Source: Patescibacteria group bacterium (GTDB lineage: Bacteria > Patescibacteriota > JACPGU01). From it: a stretch of DNA of 40,237 nucleotides. Below, piece by piece: positions 7,423 to 14,698 of the stretch (the first letter of the stretch is position 1; each line of letters begins with the position of its first letter). The notes below the pieces were generated by a model. The model made no database searches. It saw only the letters and a program-made list of their open reading frames with translations, and was not told the origin of the DNA. The stretch spans positions 1 through 40,237 of the forward strand of contig JAKLDG010000002.1 of assembly GCA_022703645.1 (NCBI GenBank), written 5' to 3'. The position numbers and the translations under genes are program-made.

Positions 7423-7770
7423 TTATTTTACGGTTATTATTTCTGGCACTTTTACTCTTGGTCGCCATATAACAATCCATTTTTCTACATTCGGCGGAAC
7501 TATTAAATTATCAAAATTGACTATGGCTTCTTTTTTTAATGACATATCCCCACCTTTCACTTGAACAAAAACGAGGTGCTTATCATTCATTGCCATACAA
7601 TCACTTCCCCAAATATCTTTCTTTTGCCATAACATTCTACTTTGACCAGTTTTTTTGTCTTTGATAAATAATCCATTCAGTCTTTCCAGTTTGGCAACTC
7701 TGTATCCTTCCTCCTCTAAAAACTCTATTGTCTTATTCAAATAATAATTTCCTCGTGATACATTACTCAT
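7423..7770 (-). CDS. PD-(D/E)XK-type nuclease-like protein (Holliday-junction-resolvase-like)
   Basis: 115 aa. FLEEEGYRVAKLE...DIWGSDCMAMNDKHLVFVQVKGG resembles the D...(D/E/Q)xK core of small Hjc/VRR-NUC-type nucleases. Weak, motif-only call. Confidence 0.4.
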   Translation of the reverse strand: MSNVSRGNYYLNKTIEFLEEEGYRVAKLERLNGLFIKDKKTGQSRMLWQKKDIWGSDCMAMNDKHLVFVQVKGGDMSLKKEAIVNFDNLIVPPNVEKWIVIWRPRVKVPEIITVK

Positions 7771-8033
7771 TTTTTTTGTTTCTTAATCTGCCTTTCAATA
7801 AATGCCTCGCGCTCTTTTGTTTCTTCTTCATCGGCTAAAAATTCTTTGGCTCTTTTTCTGCTCTTAAAATTATCAAACACCAGCCACGACTTCAACGCCT
7901 CAACCCATATCTGAATTGAAAAAGTATTTTTTTTATTCTTTTTAATAATTGTCATTCTATCTGCAAAAACAGACCGTCCTAAAATGGTATTGCCGGTCTG
8001 CTCTTTCCTAGGTTGTTGACTTTCGTTTTGCAT
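7767..8033 (-). CDS. Hypothetical basic protein (88 aa)
   Basis: ATG-initiated first ORF downstream of the 8.07-kb promoter. Confidence 0.55.
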   Translation of the reverse strand: MQNESQQPRKEQTGNTILGRSVFADRMTIIKKNKKNTFSIQIWVEALKSWLVFDNFKSRKRAKEFLADEEETKEREAFIERQIKKQKK

Positions 8034-8058
8034 AATTTTTTACTTTAATTATATTACT

Positions 8059-8087
8059 ATTTTACTACACATACTAAAAGATGTCAA
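8059..8087 (-). promoter_or_regulatory. Sigma70-like promoter: TTGACA-17 nt-TAAAAT
   Basis: The minus strand reads TTGACA (8087..8082), then a 17-nt spacer, then TAAAAT (8064..8059). It sits in the 55-nt gap upstream of 7767..8033. Confidence 0.5.
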
Positions 8088-8088
8088 A

Positions 8089-8418
8089 TCACTCAATTCC
8101 CCTCAATTCCATAAACACTTTTTCTCTTAATTTTTTGTCTTGGTCTATCTTTCTGTGGCAATTATCTTGACAGGCGATGACAGTTTGCTTGTAGTTGGAT
8201 AATAAATCGACATCGCCTTTATAATATGTCCTTTCGTGCCGGTGGCAGAAGTTTAGCGGATAACCTTGACAACCCGGCAATCCTATTTCGCAATAATTTA
8301 TGCCTAAATCTTCATAAAGCTTATTCAGTTTTTTGTTCGCTTGTAGGTTTGCTATCCCTATCTTTCCTAATTTCTTCAAAGGCTTTCTTTTCATTTTTTT
8401 GAAATAATTTTTTAACAT
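8089..8418 (-). CDS. Cys/His-rich protein, HNH/Zn-finger nuclease-like
   Basis: 109 aa. CEIGLPGCQGYPLNFCHRHERTYY...SNY...CQDNCHRKID resembles a beta-beta-alpha-Me/HNH arrangement. The start could be 8394. It overlaps the upstream ORF. Confidence 0.4.
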   Translation of the reverse strand: MLKNYFKKMKRKPLKKLGKIGIANLQANKKLNKLYEDLGINYCEIGLPGCQGYPLNFCHRHERTYYKGDVDLLSNYKQTVIACQDNCHRKIDQDKKLREKVFMELRGIE

Positions 8419-8818
8419 TAAACCATAATTGCCTTAGCCCGGTTTTATACATCACATATAAGAAAAAACTAATTTCTTTGCCGAGCCATTTTATTCGAGC
8501 TTTGAAATAGTCTGACATAATGTAATTTATCATACGCATTGCCTCTAGTTCCGATTGGTGGTATTTATCCATTAAGCGATAGCCAGTCATAAATCTCGTA
8601 TCAAAATATAAGCAACCTTTGAAAGCATACTTTGCCAATTTTTTACTCTTGTCCGTATATTCCACATTCCACCATTGCAAATCATTTTTATCGCTAGGGA
8701 AAGTTTCTTTGTTTTCCCCATTATCGACACCGACTAAAATCAATTTATATTCTACGCCGTGAAATGATTTTACTTCATTTCTTATTTCGATTATTTTTTC
8801 CTTGTATTCTTTGTCCAT
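8321..8818 (-). CDS. Hypothetical protein (165 aa)
   Basis: ATG-initiated ORF with no recognised motif. The tail overlaps the next ORF by ~75-100 nt. Confidence 0.55.
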   Translation of the reverse strand: MDKEYKEKIIEIRNEVKSFHGVEYKLILVGVDNGENKETFPSDKNDLQWWNVEYTDKSKKLAKYAFKGCLYFDTRFMTGYRLMDKYHQSELEAMRMINYIMSDYFKARIKWLGKEISFFLYVMYKTGLRQLWFNVKKLFQKNEKKAFEEIRKDRDSKPTSEQKTE

Positions 8819-8835
8819 TTTTTTTAATTTAATAA

Positions 8836-9051
8836 TTATTTAACAAACTCTGTCGATTCTTCTTTGTTATATTCCTCTCTTCTTTTTTGATAATGACTTG
8901 CTAAAATTGTTTTAGCGATATCATCATTCTGCACCATTCCGGCGACAAGTGGTGTCAAGTTTTTAGGATAATATTTACTTTTTCCCTCTAAAATTCCTCT
9001 GCGCCATTTTAATAATTGACTAACCTTCGCACAATGACATAAATTGCTCAT
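8836..9051 (-). CDS. Hypothetical protein (71 aa)
   Basis: ATG-initiated ORF in the operon. Confidence 0.5.
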   Translation of the reverse strand: MSNLCHCAKVSQLLKWRRGILEGKSKYYPKNLTPLVAGMVQNDDIAKTILASHYQKRREEYNKEESTEFVK

Positions 9052-9055
9052 AATT

Positions 9056-9223
9056 TTATATTATTTTTTTATCTTTTAAGTATTTAACTAATAACTCTAT
9101 TTTCATATAAACATAAATACTGCCTTGGTCGTCATACCCTGCGTAAAAACTTATCTCTTTTTCTTTCTCGTGAATATCAATGTCATTTATGTTTTTTTCT
9201 CTTATCTCATTCCATTGGCTCAT
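9056..9223 (-). CDS. Hypothetical protein (55 aa)
   Basis: Hand translation: MSQWNEIREKNINDIDIHEKEKEISFYAGYDDQGSIYVYMKIELLVKYLKDKKII. Its ATG overlaps the upstream stop (ATGA) and it fills a 168-nt gap. Confidence 0.4.
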   Translation of the reverse strand: MSQWNEIREKNINDIDIHEKEKEISFYAGYDDQGSIYVYMKIELLVKYLKDKKII

Positions 9224-9660
9224 AAATTTAACTTATTTTGATTAACATATTCCGGTATGAAAATGCCTTGCTCGTCTAAAAATGTTTCTAGTCCTTTGAC
9301 TTGCCAGATTTTTTTATACTCTGATAATTCTACTTCTCCATTCAAAGGATTTTTTATCGCAACTGTGTGAATAACAATCTTGCCTTTCAAAAAGTCGTTT
9401 GCTCGTTGCATATTTATTCCCCAAATTCCTTTTTCTTTTTTATAAATTATACCACCAAAATACACCCAGTCGCCAAATCTTGCAATTTGATTATCCGTTT
9501 TCAATAAGTGCTTAATGTCTTTTCTCGTAAATTCGTGCGTATTATTTATGGCGCACCACTTATAAATATCTTTCAAGGCTTCGACCATATCCTTTAATAA
9601 AGTTATCTTCCTTTTGCTTATGACTTGTCCGCAATGCGGACACCTTTCTACTTTGTTCAT
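9220..9660 (-). CDS. Hypothetical protein with N-terminal CxxC (146 aa)
   Basis: MNKVERCPHCGQ... No further recognised motif. Confidence 0.55.
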   Translation of the reverse strand: MNKVERCPHCGQVISKRKITLLKDMVEALKDIYKWCAINNTHEFTRKDIKHLLKTDNQIARFGDWVYFGGIIYKKEKGIWGINMQRANDFLKGKIVIHTVAIKNPLNGEVELSEYKKIWQVKGLETFLDEQGIFIPEYVNQNKLNL

Positions 9661-9673
9661 TGGTTTTTTTTAT

Positions 9674-9874
9674 TTAATTATTAGTTTCTTGCCAATTATC
9701 ATTAAAAACTTTTTTAGATGCATATGGGCATAAGTGCATTTTTTTTCCTGTGTTTATTGTTATTATTGGATAGGGAAGCATCTGAGAAAAGTATATTGTA
9801 TATACATTTCCTTTTTTTATTCCCCATTTTTTTGTTAATGGGTCGTTTTCATTCCCCATAAATTTATATTTCAT
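9674..9874 (-). CDS. Hypothetical protein (66 aa)
   Basis: ATG-initiated ORF. Confidence 0.45.
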   Translation of the reverse strand: MKYKFMGNENDPLTKKWGIKKGNVYTIYFSQMLPYPIITINTGKKMHLCPYASKKVFNDNWQETNN

Positions 9875-9878
9875 AATC

Positions 9879-10286
9879 TTATTTTATTATATTTTTAATA
9901 CACTCACAAACTCTCATTCCATTTTCGCCTTGCACCCATCCGTCTTTACATTTTCCGCATTTGGCAATCGCCTCTTTTCTCTTTTTTTGATATTCTTGCT
10001 CCTCGATTGGCAAGCATTGACATTTCTCTCCCCAATCGTGCCAGTTGCCATATTTGCATTGCCATTGCCTATTTTTTCGCCGTGCCATATCTTCAATGTC
10101 CTCGGGATAAAATACTCCCATAATGTCCGCTGTGTTGAGTGTTCTGCCCTCAAAGCCCACTGCTCCTTTTAGCCCAGCCTCCCAATCTCTTTGAAATCTC
10201 TCGGCTTTTGTTTCGTTTGTCCAAATTTCTATTCCCCCACGAACGAGTATCACTTTTTCTCGTCCGGTAATTTTATTCATTGTCAT
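9879..10286 (-). CDS. Hypothetical Cys-rich protein (135 aa)
   Basis: The C-terminal half is CKYGNWHDWGEKCQC...CGKCKDGWVQGENGMRVCEC (Zn-binding-like). Confidence 0.55.
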   Translation of the reverse strand: MTMNKITGREKVILVRGGIEIWTNETKAERFQRDWEAGLKGAVGFEGRTLNTADIMGVFYPEDIEDMARRKNRQWQCKYGNWHDWGEKCQCLPIEEQEYQKKRKEAIAKCGKCKDGWVQGENGMRVCECIKNIIK

Positions 10287-10995
10287 AATTTTTTCCGGTT
10301 GGTTTTTGTTCTTTAATTTTTAAGTAATAGGCTTGTAGCTTTCCCCATTTACTTTCTAATTCCGCAGGGGTGGTTATGGTTGGCGCATATTTATCAGCAA
10401 TAATCTTTTCCGCAAAATTTATGGCGTTGACTATTTTGATAAATCCAAATTCTTCCAATAATGTTCTACACTTTTCTCTCACTGGATTACGAGTAAACCA
10501 AGTCTTATAAATTGGATTCAAGTTCTTAAATCTGAAAATAATCTCTGCTATCTGTTTTTCTATTGGACTGTTTTGGTCAATAATTTCTTTATCCACTACC
10601 GAAACGCCAGTTTCGGAATTATTTATTACTTTCTTTTTCTTTATTACTCTTTTTTCTTTATTACTTATAGTCTGGATTTTCCCTACTTGGGTTTTTCCCA
10701 ACTTGGGTTTTTCCCGAGTTGGCTCAATATGGATATGCCAATCTTTTCTGCCGTCCGGTCGTTTCACTCTTTCGAGATAGCCAAAAGTTTCTAGTTCTTT
10801 GACTGCGTTGTTAGTTCCGTCAAAATTATCTCTACTCTCTTTCGCTAATCTTTCTACTGCGAAGTCCCAATTTTCCGGTTTAGAATAAATTAGTCCGTAT
10901 AAGCCTTTGGCTTTCAGGCTTAGGTTTTTATCAGCCAAAATAGTGTTTTTGACTTGGGTAAAACCAACCTCGTCTTTTTTTAGTTTCTCTTTCAT
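10273..10995 (-). CDS. Replication-initiator/organizer-like protein with N-terminal winged-helix domain
   Basis: The N-terminus GFTQVKNTILADKNLSLKAKGLYGLIYSKPENWDFAVERLAKES...ELETFGYLERVKR matches the phage replisome-organizer/DnaD-N-like wHTH pattern. It is followed by a K-rich linker that contains DNA-level iterons and by a separate C-terminal domain. The start is set at ATG 10995; the track start at 11013 is TTG. Confidence 0.55.
   Translation of the reverse strand: MKEKLKKDEVGFTQVKNTILADKNLSLKAKGLYGLIYSKPENWDFAVERLAKESRDNFDGTNNAVKELETFGYLERVKRPDGRKDWHIHIEPTREKPKLGKTQVGKIQTISNKEKRVIKKKKVINNSETGVSVVDKEIIDQNSPIEKQIAEIIFRFKNLNPIYKTWFTRNPVREKCRTLLEEFGFIKIVNAINFAEKIIADKYAPTITTPAELESKWGKLQAYYLKIKEQKPTGKNYDNE
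10622..10721. repeat. Origin-like repeat block: 3x TTTATTACT (17-18-bp spacing) followed by 3 tandem 16-bp iterons
   Basis: TTTATTACT occurs at 10622, 10640 and 10657. The iterons are GGATTTTCCCTACTTG (10674..10689), GGTTTTTCCCAACTTG (10690..10705) and GGTTTTTCCCGAGTTG (10706..10721). The 16-bp period is out of codon phase. Confidence 0.6.
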
Positions 10996-11017
10996 TGGTT
11001 TGTTATTAAACAAAAGC

Positions 11018-11072
11018 CCGTAATTCTACAAGGGTGATTGCTTAGAATTACGGACTTTTAACTGCAATCACC
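11018..11072 (-). promoter_or_regulatory. Interleaved inverted repeats in the initiator-gene leader (terminator-like hairpin plus competing or pseudoknot pairing)
   Basis: A ccgtaattcta (11018..11028) pairs with A' tagaattacgg (11043..11053). B ggtgattgc (11033..11041) pairs with B' gcaatcacc (11064..11072). On the minus-strand RNA the A'/A hairpin is followed by GCUUUUGUUU. Confidence 0.4.
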
Positions 11073-11078
11073 ACTTAT

Positions 11079-11107
11079 AGTTTATTATACTTTTGCCTTT
11101 TTGTAAA
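11079..11107 (-). promoter_or_regulatory. Candidate promoter: TTTACA-17 nt-TAAACT
   Basis: The minus strand reads TTTACA (11107..11102) and TAAACT (11084..11079). A TATAAT also lies at 11089..11084, but with only a 12-nt spacer. Confidence 0.3.
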
Positions 11108-11115
11108 TGAGCTAA

Positions 11116-11673
11116 TTATCGCTGTATCTGTGGGTTATTACTGGCATAAGTGCTTCGTTGGTCGGTATCGGCATTTCTGATTTTGTTTTGAATAATCATT
11201 ATCATATCTTGACACCAAGTAAGCAAGCACTCCAATTTATCTCCGGCAGTTTGATAGGCTATTTCTGTCTTTCTGACATTGACTAAATCTTGCTCTATCT
11301 CTCCCTCGATTTCATTAACTGTTGGTTGTTTGCTTTTGCCTATGCCTAATCTTTCTTTGGTTTTGTTCCACTCACTAGCCGTCTTGAATTTTCGATAAAC
11401 AAAAGCATAACTCTGGGAGGCTTTCATTATCGCCAAATGACGACTAATCAAATATTTTGAACCTGCTATCATTGCTTGCCGGTTTATTAAGTGAGGCACT
11501 AAATAACTATCTATTTTTGACGGCTCTAATTCCTCTCTTATTTTAGTCAGTAATTGAATTTGGCTCAAAACTTCTTTTGGTAATTTAATCTGTTTCAAAT
11601 CTTCGCTACTTATTTTTTCAAGTAGTTCGGCGAATGCTTGGTCAACAGATTTTTCTTGAAATTCTTTGTCCAT
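11116..11673 (-). CDS. Hypothetical helical protein (185 aa)
   Basis: ATG-initiated ORF. Its helical character and its position beside the SSB-like and recombination genes weakly suggest a mediator-type protein. No firm motif. Confidence 0.55.
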   Translation of the reverse strand: MDKEFQEKSVDQAFAELLEKISSEDLKQIKLPKEVLSQIQLLTKIREELEPSKIDSYLVPHLINRQAMIAGSKYLISRHLAIMKASQSYAFVYRKFKTASEWNKTKERLGIGKSKQPTVNEIEGEIEQDLVNVRKTEIAYQTAGDKLECLLTWCQDMIMIIQNKIRNADTDQRSTYASNNPQIQR

Positions 11674-11690
11674 TGGTTTTTATTAGTTTA

Positions 11691-12005
11691 TTAAAAAGGC
11701 ACTCCACCGACTGGAACTTCCTCGTCATCTTCAACATTGATTGTCGGAATTTCCTCTTTCGGCGCTGGTTGCTCACTATAATTTCTCTGCGCTCTTTCCT
11801 CTTTTGGTTTTGGTGGAAAAGCTACTGGGTCTTCGCCGTGTGCCGGATAGCACTTAAATTTCATTCCAATACTTCCAACTGTTCCGTCATCTTCGTATCT
11901 GACAAAAGCAGTTCCAATTCTCGTCCACGATGTTTTTTTGTTATTCATTTTATCGGTATATTCTTCTCCGATAATAATGTCTCTTATTTCTGTTCTTTTA
12001 CTCAT
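11691..12005 (-). CDS. Small SSB-like protein with acidic C-terminal tip
   Basis: 104 aa. A beta-rich N-terminal ~60 aa is followed by a P/E/K-rich linker. The terminus ...NVEDDEEVPVGGVPF is reminiscent of the acidic ...DDDIPF tip of bacterial SSBs. It is adjacent to the recombination module. Confidence 0.45.
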   Translation of the reverse strand: MSKRTEIRDIIIGEEYTDKMNNKKTSWTRIGTAFVRYEDDGTVGSIGMKFKCYPAHGEDPVAFPPKPKEERAQRNYSEQPAPKEEIPTINVEDDEEVPVGGVPF

Positions 12006-12073
12006 TTTTTTAATAGTTTAATAATTATTTCTTTTGGGTTTTGATATTCTCCACGCAAATTTTCTGGAATAAA

Positions 12074-12694
12074 TTAGTAAACGCTTAATTCTTCCTCTTG
12101 ATAAATTTCTACTCCGTCAATTTTCATCAAGCCGGAACGAACATCGGCGCGGATTAAACTTTCGTCAATAACCCAATATTTTTTTGGAACTTTATTCAAA
12201 TCGACCACTTTGAATTTTGTCACCATACGAGTTTTAACCATTCCGCTTTTGCTTTGGATTGTCGTTTCTTGTTTTTCTACTGTTGGCACTACCATATTTT
12301 CAAGTGCCTTTTTTTGGCTAATCTTATTTTTCTTAGCCTCCTCAATCGCTTTTTTTCTCGCCTCCTCTTGCAAACGCATTTCTTCTTCTCGTCTTTTTTT
12401 CTCAATTTCTGCACGATAATTTATTATCGCTCTTTTAATTTGCGCCTCCATTTCGTCATAAGGTTTTAACGCTCCTTTGAAGTCTGCGTTTATCTTTTTC
12501 AAAGTTTCATTCAAAGGCTTGGTGTAATTCAAACGAATTTCCTCAATCCTTTTTGCACGAGCTTTGACTTGCGATAATAACTCGGTAGCTTGCATTACTT
12601 CTTTTTCATTGGAAATTGTCATTTTTGATACCTTGGTTGTCATTGCCTTAGTATCTTTTTTTATTTCCTCTAATTTTTTGTCATTTTGTTCCAT
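12074..12694 (-). CDS. Coiled-coil recombination-module protein (Gp157/DUF1351-like)
   Basis: TELLSQVKARAKRIEEIRLNYTKPLNETLKKINADFKGALKPYDEMEAQIKRAIINYRAE, followed by an E/K/R-rich coil. The start is set at ATG 12694; the track start at 12727 is GTG. Confidence 0.5.
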   Translation of the reverse strand: MEQNDKKLEEIKKDTKAMTTKVSKMTISNEKEVMQATELLSQVKARAKRIEEIRLNYTKPLNETLKKINADFKGALKPYDEMEAQIKRAIINYRAEIEKKRREEEMRLQEEARKKAIEEAKKNKISQKKALENMVVPTVEKQETTIQSKSGMVKTRMVTKFKVVDLNKVPKKYWVIDESLIRADVRSGLMKIDGVEIYQEEELSVY

Positions 12695-12747
12695 TGTTTT
12701 TGATATTAAATAAATTATTTCAAACACGATATCCCAGTCTCTTTTTT

Positions 12748-13614
12748 TTATTTTTTCCCACCTCCTTTCTCTTTCAATCTGTTTTTAGCAATTAACAACC
12801 CTTTGAATGCTTGGAAATCTTTGTCGTGATTTTCCATACCGAGATTAACGACCTTAAAATCTCCGGTGTCTTTTTTGATATGTAATATCATTCTTTCTTC
12901 ATAATCTGTGCCAGTTTCCATTCTGTCTGCCTCGAGATAAGCGGAAACTTGAAATGGCACTGTATCAGATAAATAATTGCCGGTCTTATGGTCAACTAAT
13001 GTCATTTTCCCATTGACAATAGCTTTAAGGTCTAGCGTTCCAACATAGTCTATGGCGAGGTCAAAATCTTTCTGTTGTTTCTTGGTAAGCTTCAAATATT
13101 GTGGCAATGTGATATAATCTCGTTCGCCTGTTTCACAGAAAAATTTGCTTTCATACCAAGCCATATACACTATTTTTTCACTCTGAATAAATTTAACCTT
13201 ATTCTCACTCTCCCAAGTTTTGAAAGCAATCACGCCGTTCAAAATTTTCTCATCGGTTGGCAATTTAATTTCTTTGCCTTTGGATATTTTGCTCTTGATG
13301 TAGCAATCTATCCAATTATGGACTGCGGTGCCGATATTTCCTGCGGTGTCTCTCTTTTCTCTGTAAAGTCCGCAAGCGGTATAAATATCGTCTGTTCTAA
13401 TAAGGTTTCCGCTCTCGATAATATCAATCAAGTGGTTTCGAGTTAGTTTTATCGCCCAAGCCATTAAAATGTCCGGACTGCCGACTAAGCCTGTCACTCC
13501 GCTCACAGATGTAATTATTCTGCCAATGTCTGTTCGGATATACCAATGCTTGTCCTCGTAAAATTCAATTACAATTTTTTTATTGTAAAGTTCAATCAAT
13601 TTTGTTGGTTTCAT
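12748..13614 (-). CDS. PD-(D/E)XK exonuclease (RecB/Cas4-like fold, no Cys cluster)
   Basis: 288 aa. GTAVHNWID, then IDYVGTLDLKAIVNGKMTLVDHKTG (D...D-x-K), then a QVSAYLEA (QxxxY-like) motif. It is adjacent to the annealase. Confidence 0.55.
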   Translation of the reverse strand: MKPTKLIELYNKKIVIEFYEDKHWYIRTDIGRIITSVSGVTGLVGSPDILMAWAIKLTRNHLIDIIESGNLIRTDDIYTACGLYREKRDTAGNIGTAVHNWIDCYIKSKISKGKEIKLPTDEKILNGVIAFKTWESENKVKFIQSEKIVYMAWYESKFFCETGERDYITLPQYLKLTKKQQKDFDLAIDYVGTLDLKAIVNGKMTLVDHKTGNYLSDTVPFQVSAYLEADRMETGTDYEERMILHIKKDTGDFKVVNLGMENHDKDFQAFKGLLIAKNRLKEKGGGKK

Positions 13615-13624
13615 TTTTTGTTTA

Positions 13625-14416
13625 TTAAGAATTTAACAAAGTTTTTAGTCCTATCTCTGCTCTTTTTTCCGAAATATCTTTGAATGATGTCCATTTTATG
13701 CTAGTTTTTTTCTGAAATAACTCTAACGCCTCTTGTTCTGTTTTTGCTCCTAGCTTATGAAGCACGAACTTAACTTTATCAAGGGTTGTCTGTTTTGGTT
13801 TTACTTCTTTGATAGGCTCATAAGTTATTTCCGGCTCTTTGGTTTGTTTGACTGTTGGACTAACCATATCTTCGGTTATCTTTTTTGCGCCGATGTCTTT
13901 GAATTCATTTTTGCCATAAACATCAGAAGCGATACCGAGTTGCGAAGCACATTTTTTTAGTGCGTCTGTTGAGGCGGATTTCAAATCATTCCCATAGTCC
14001 AAAGCCTCTTGACTGCCTCGTTTGAATTTCATATCTGCTCTACCAAACTGCTCTTTGATTATTCTTACATTTCCGTCTTTGTCTCGGATAGTCAAACGAC
14101 CTTGCACCCATACTAAATTTCCCTCTCTGCCTTTGTCGATAATTTGAAAATCCCACGACCAACCAAAAACATAATTGAGAACTTTCGTGACATAAGTTCC
14201 GGTCACATATTCCCATTCTCCGCCTCCTTTGGCTGGTCTTTTGTAGATATGATTAGCTGGTGTTCTACCCAACATAAAAGCAAGTTGCCGTTCAGAAACA
14301 AAAGAGTTCGACATTGCCAATTTTGGCTCTGCGACTACCAGTTCTTTACTTACAACCTGCTTTTTTGAAATTTTTTTTACAACCTTTTTCTTGGTTGGTT
14401 TTTTTGTCTTTTTCAT
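13625..14416 (-). CDS. Rad52/22-family single-strand annealing protein
   Basis: 263 aa. YVTGTYVTKVLNYVFGWSWDFQI...GRLTI...DYGNDLKSASTDALKKCASQLGIASDVY matches the Rad52/Sak-type core pattern. Confidence 0.75.
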   Translation of the reverse strand: MKKTKKPTKKKVVKKISKKQVVSKELVVAEPKLAMSNSFVSERQLAFMLGRTPANHIYKRPAKGGGEWEYVTGTYVTKVLNYVFGWSWDFQIIDKGREGNLVWVQGRLTIRDKDGNVRIIKEQFGRADMKFKRGSQEALDYGNDLKSASTDALKKCASQLGIASDVYGKNEFKDIGAKKITEDMVSPTVKQTKEPEITYEPIKEVKPKQTTLDKVKFVLHKLGAKTEQEALELFQKKTSIKWTSFKDISEKRAEIGLKTLLNS

Positions 14417-14445
14417 TGTTTTTAGACTTATTTAATTACTTTTAC

Positions 14446-14474
14446 ATTATAAATTGTTTTCTGTCTTTTGTAAA
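14446..14474 (-). promoter_or_regulatory. Sigma70-like promoter: TTTACA-17 nt-TATAAT
   Basis: The minus strand reads TTTACA (14474..14469), a 17-nt spacer and TATAAT (14451..14446). It is about 30 nt upstream of the annealase ATG. It shares CTTTACAAAAGACA with the 17.83-kb promoter. Confidence 0.5.
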
Positions 14475-14485
14475 GTGATACAAAT

Positions 14486-14698
14486 TTAATGAAAATCCCC
14501 AGCTTCCCACTTGGCTATAAATCGTATAATCCAAGTGCCTTTCATTGAATATCTTGTGCCTTTACCTCTACCAATTTTTATTCCTTTCAGATTGCCGGAA
14601 TCAATCCACTTTTTTATCAAATATTCACTCTTTAACATTGGCAAAAAATTCTTTGCCACAACCTCTGTGAGTGAATACCATTTATCTTGTTCTATCAT
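14486..14698 (-). CDS. Small helix-turn-helix DNA-binding protein (MerR/excisionase-like HTH)
   Basis: 70 aa. WYSLTEVVAKNF...IKKWIDSGNLKGIKIG resembles HTH_17/Xis-type domains. Confidence 0.45.
   Translation of the reverse strand: MIEQDKWYSLTEVVAKNFLPMLKSEYLIKKWIDSGNLKGIKIGRGKGTRYSMKGTWIIRFIAKWEAGDFH

Noticed and set aside
12036-12050. TTTTGGGTTTTGATA as an additional iteron copy
   Set aside because: Only about 9 of 15 positions match the 16-bp unit, and it is a single occurrence. That is not distinguishable from chance.
12695-12727. Long N-terminal extensions from non-ATG track starts (12727 GTG, 15351, 16912 GTG, 21057 TTG, 28415 TTG, 34664 TTG, 38132 TTG, 4894 TTG, 11013 TTG, 7074)
   Set aside because: The first in-frame ATG downstream removes overlaps with the upstream gene. 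In each case it is preceded by the A/T-rich leader, or by an SD, as seen at other genes.
14476-14490. Bacteroidota-type promoter motif (TAnnTTTG) suggested by TAAATTTG upstream of the 14.46-kb promoter and by the SD-poor leaders
   Set aside because: There is no matching -33 TTTG element and no recurrence at other intergenic regions. The sigma70-like TTTACA-17-TATAAT fits better and recurs at 17.83 kb.
14486-14698. The small HTH protein as an excisionase, implying a temperate lifestyle
   Set aside because: I recognised no integrase, attP-like repeat or CI/Cro-type repressor pair anywhere. The HTH alone does not support lysogeny.
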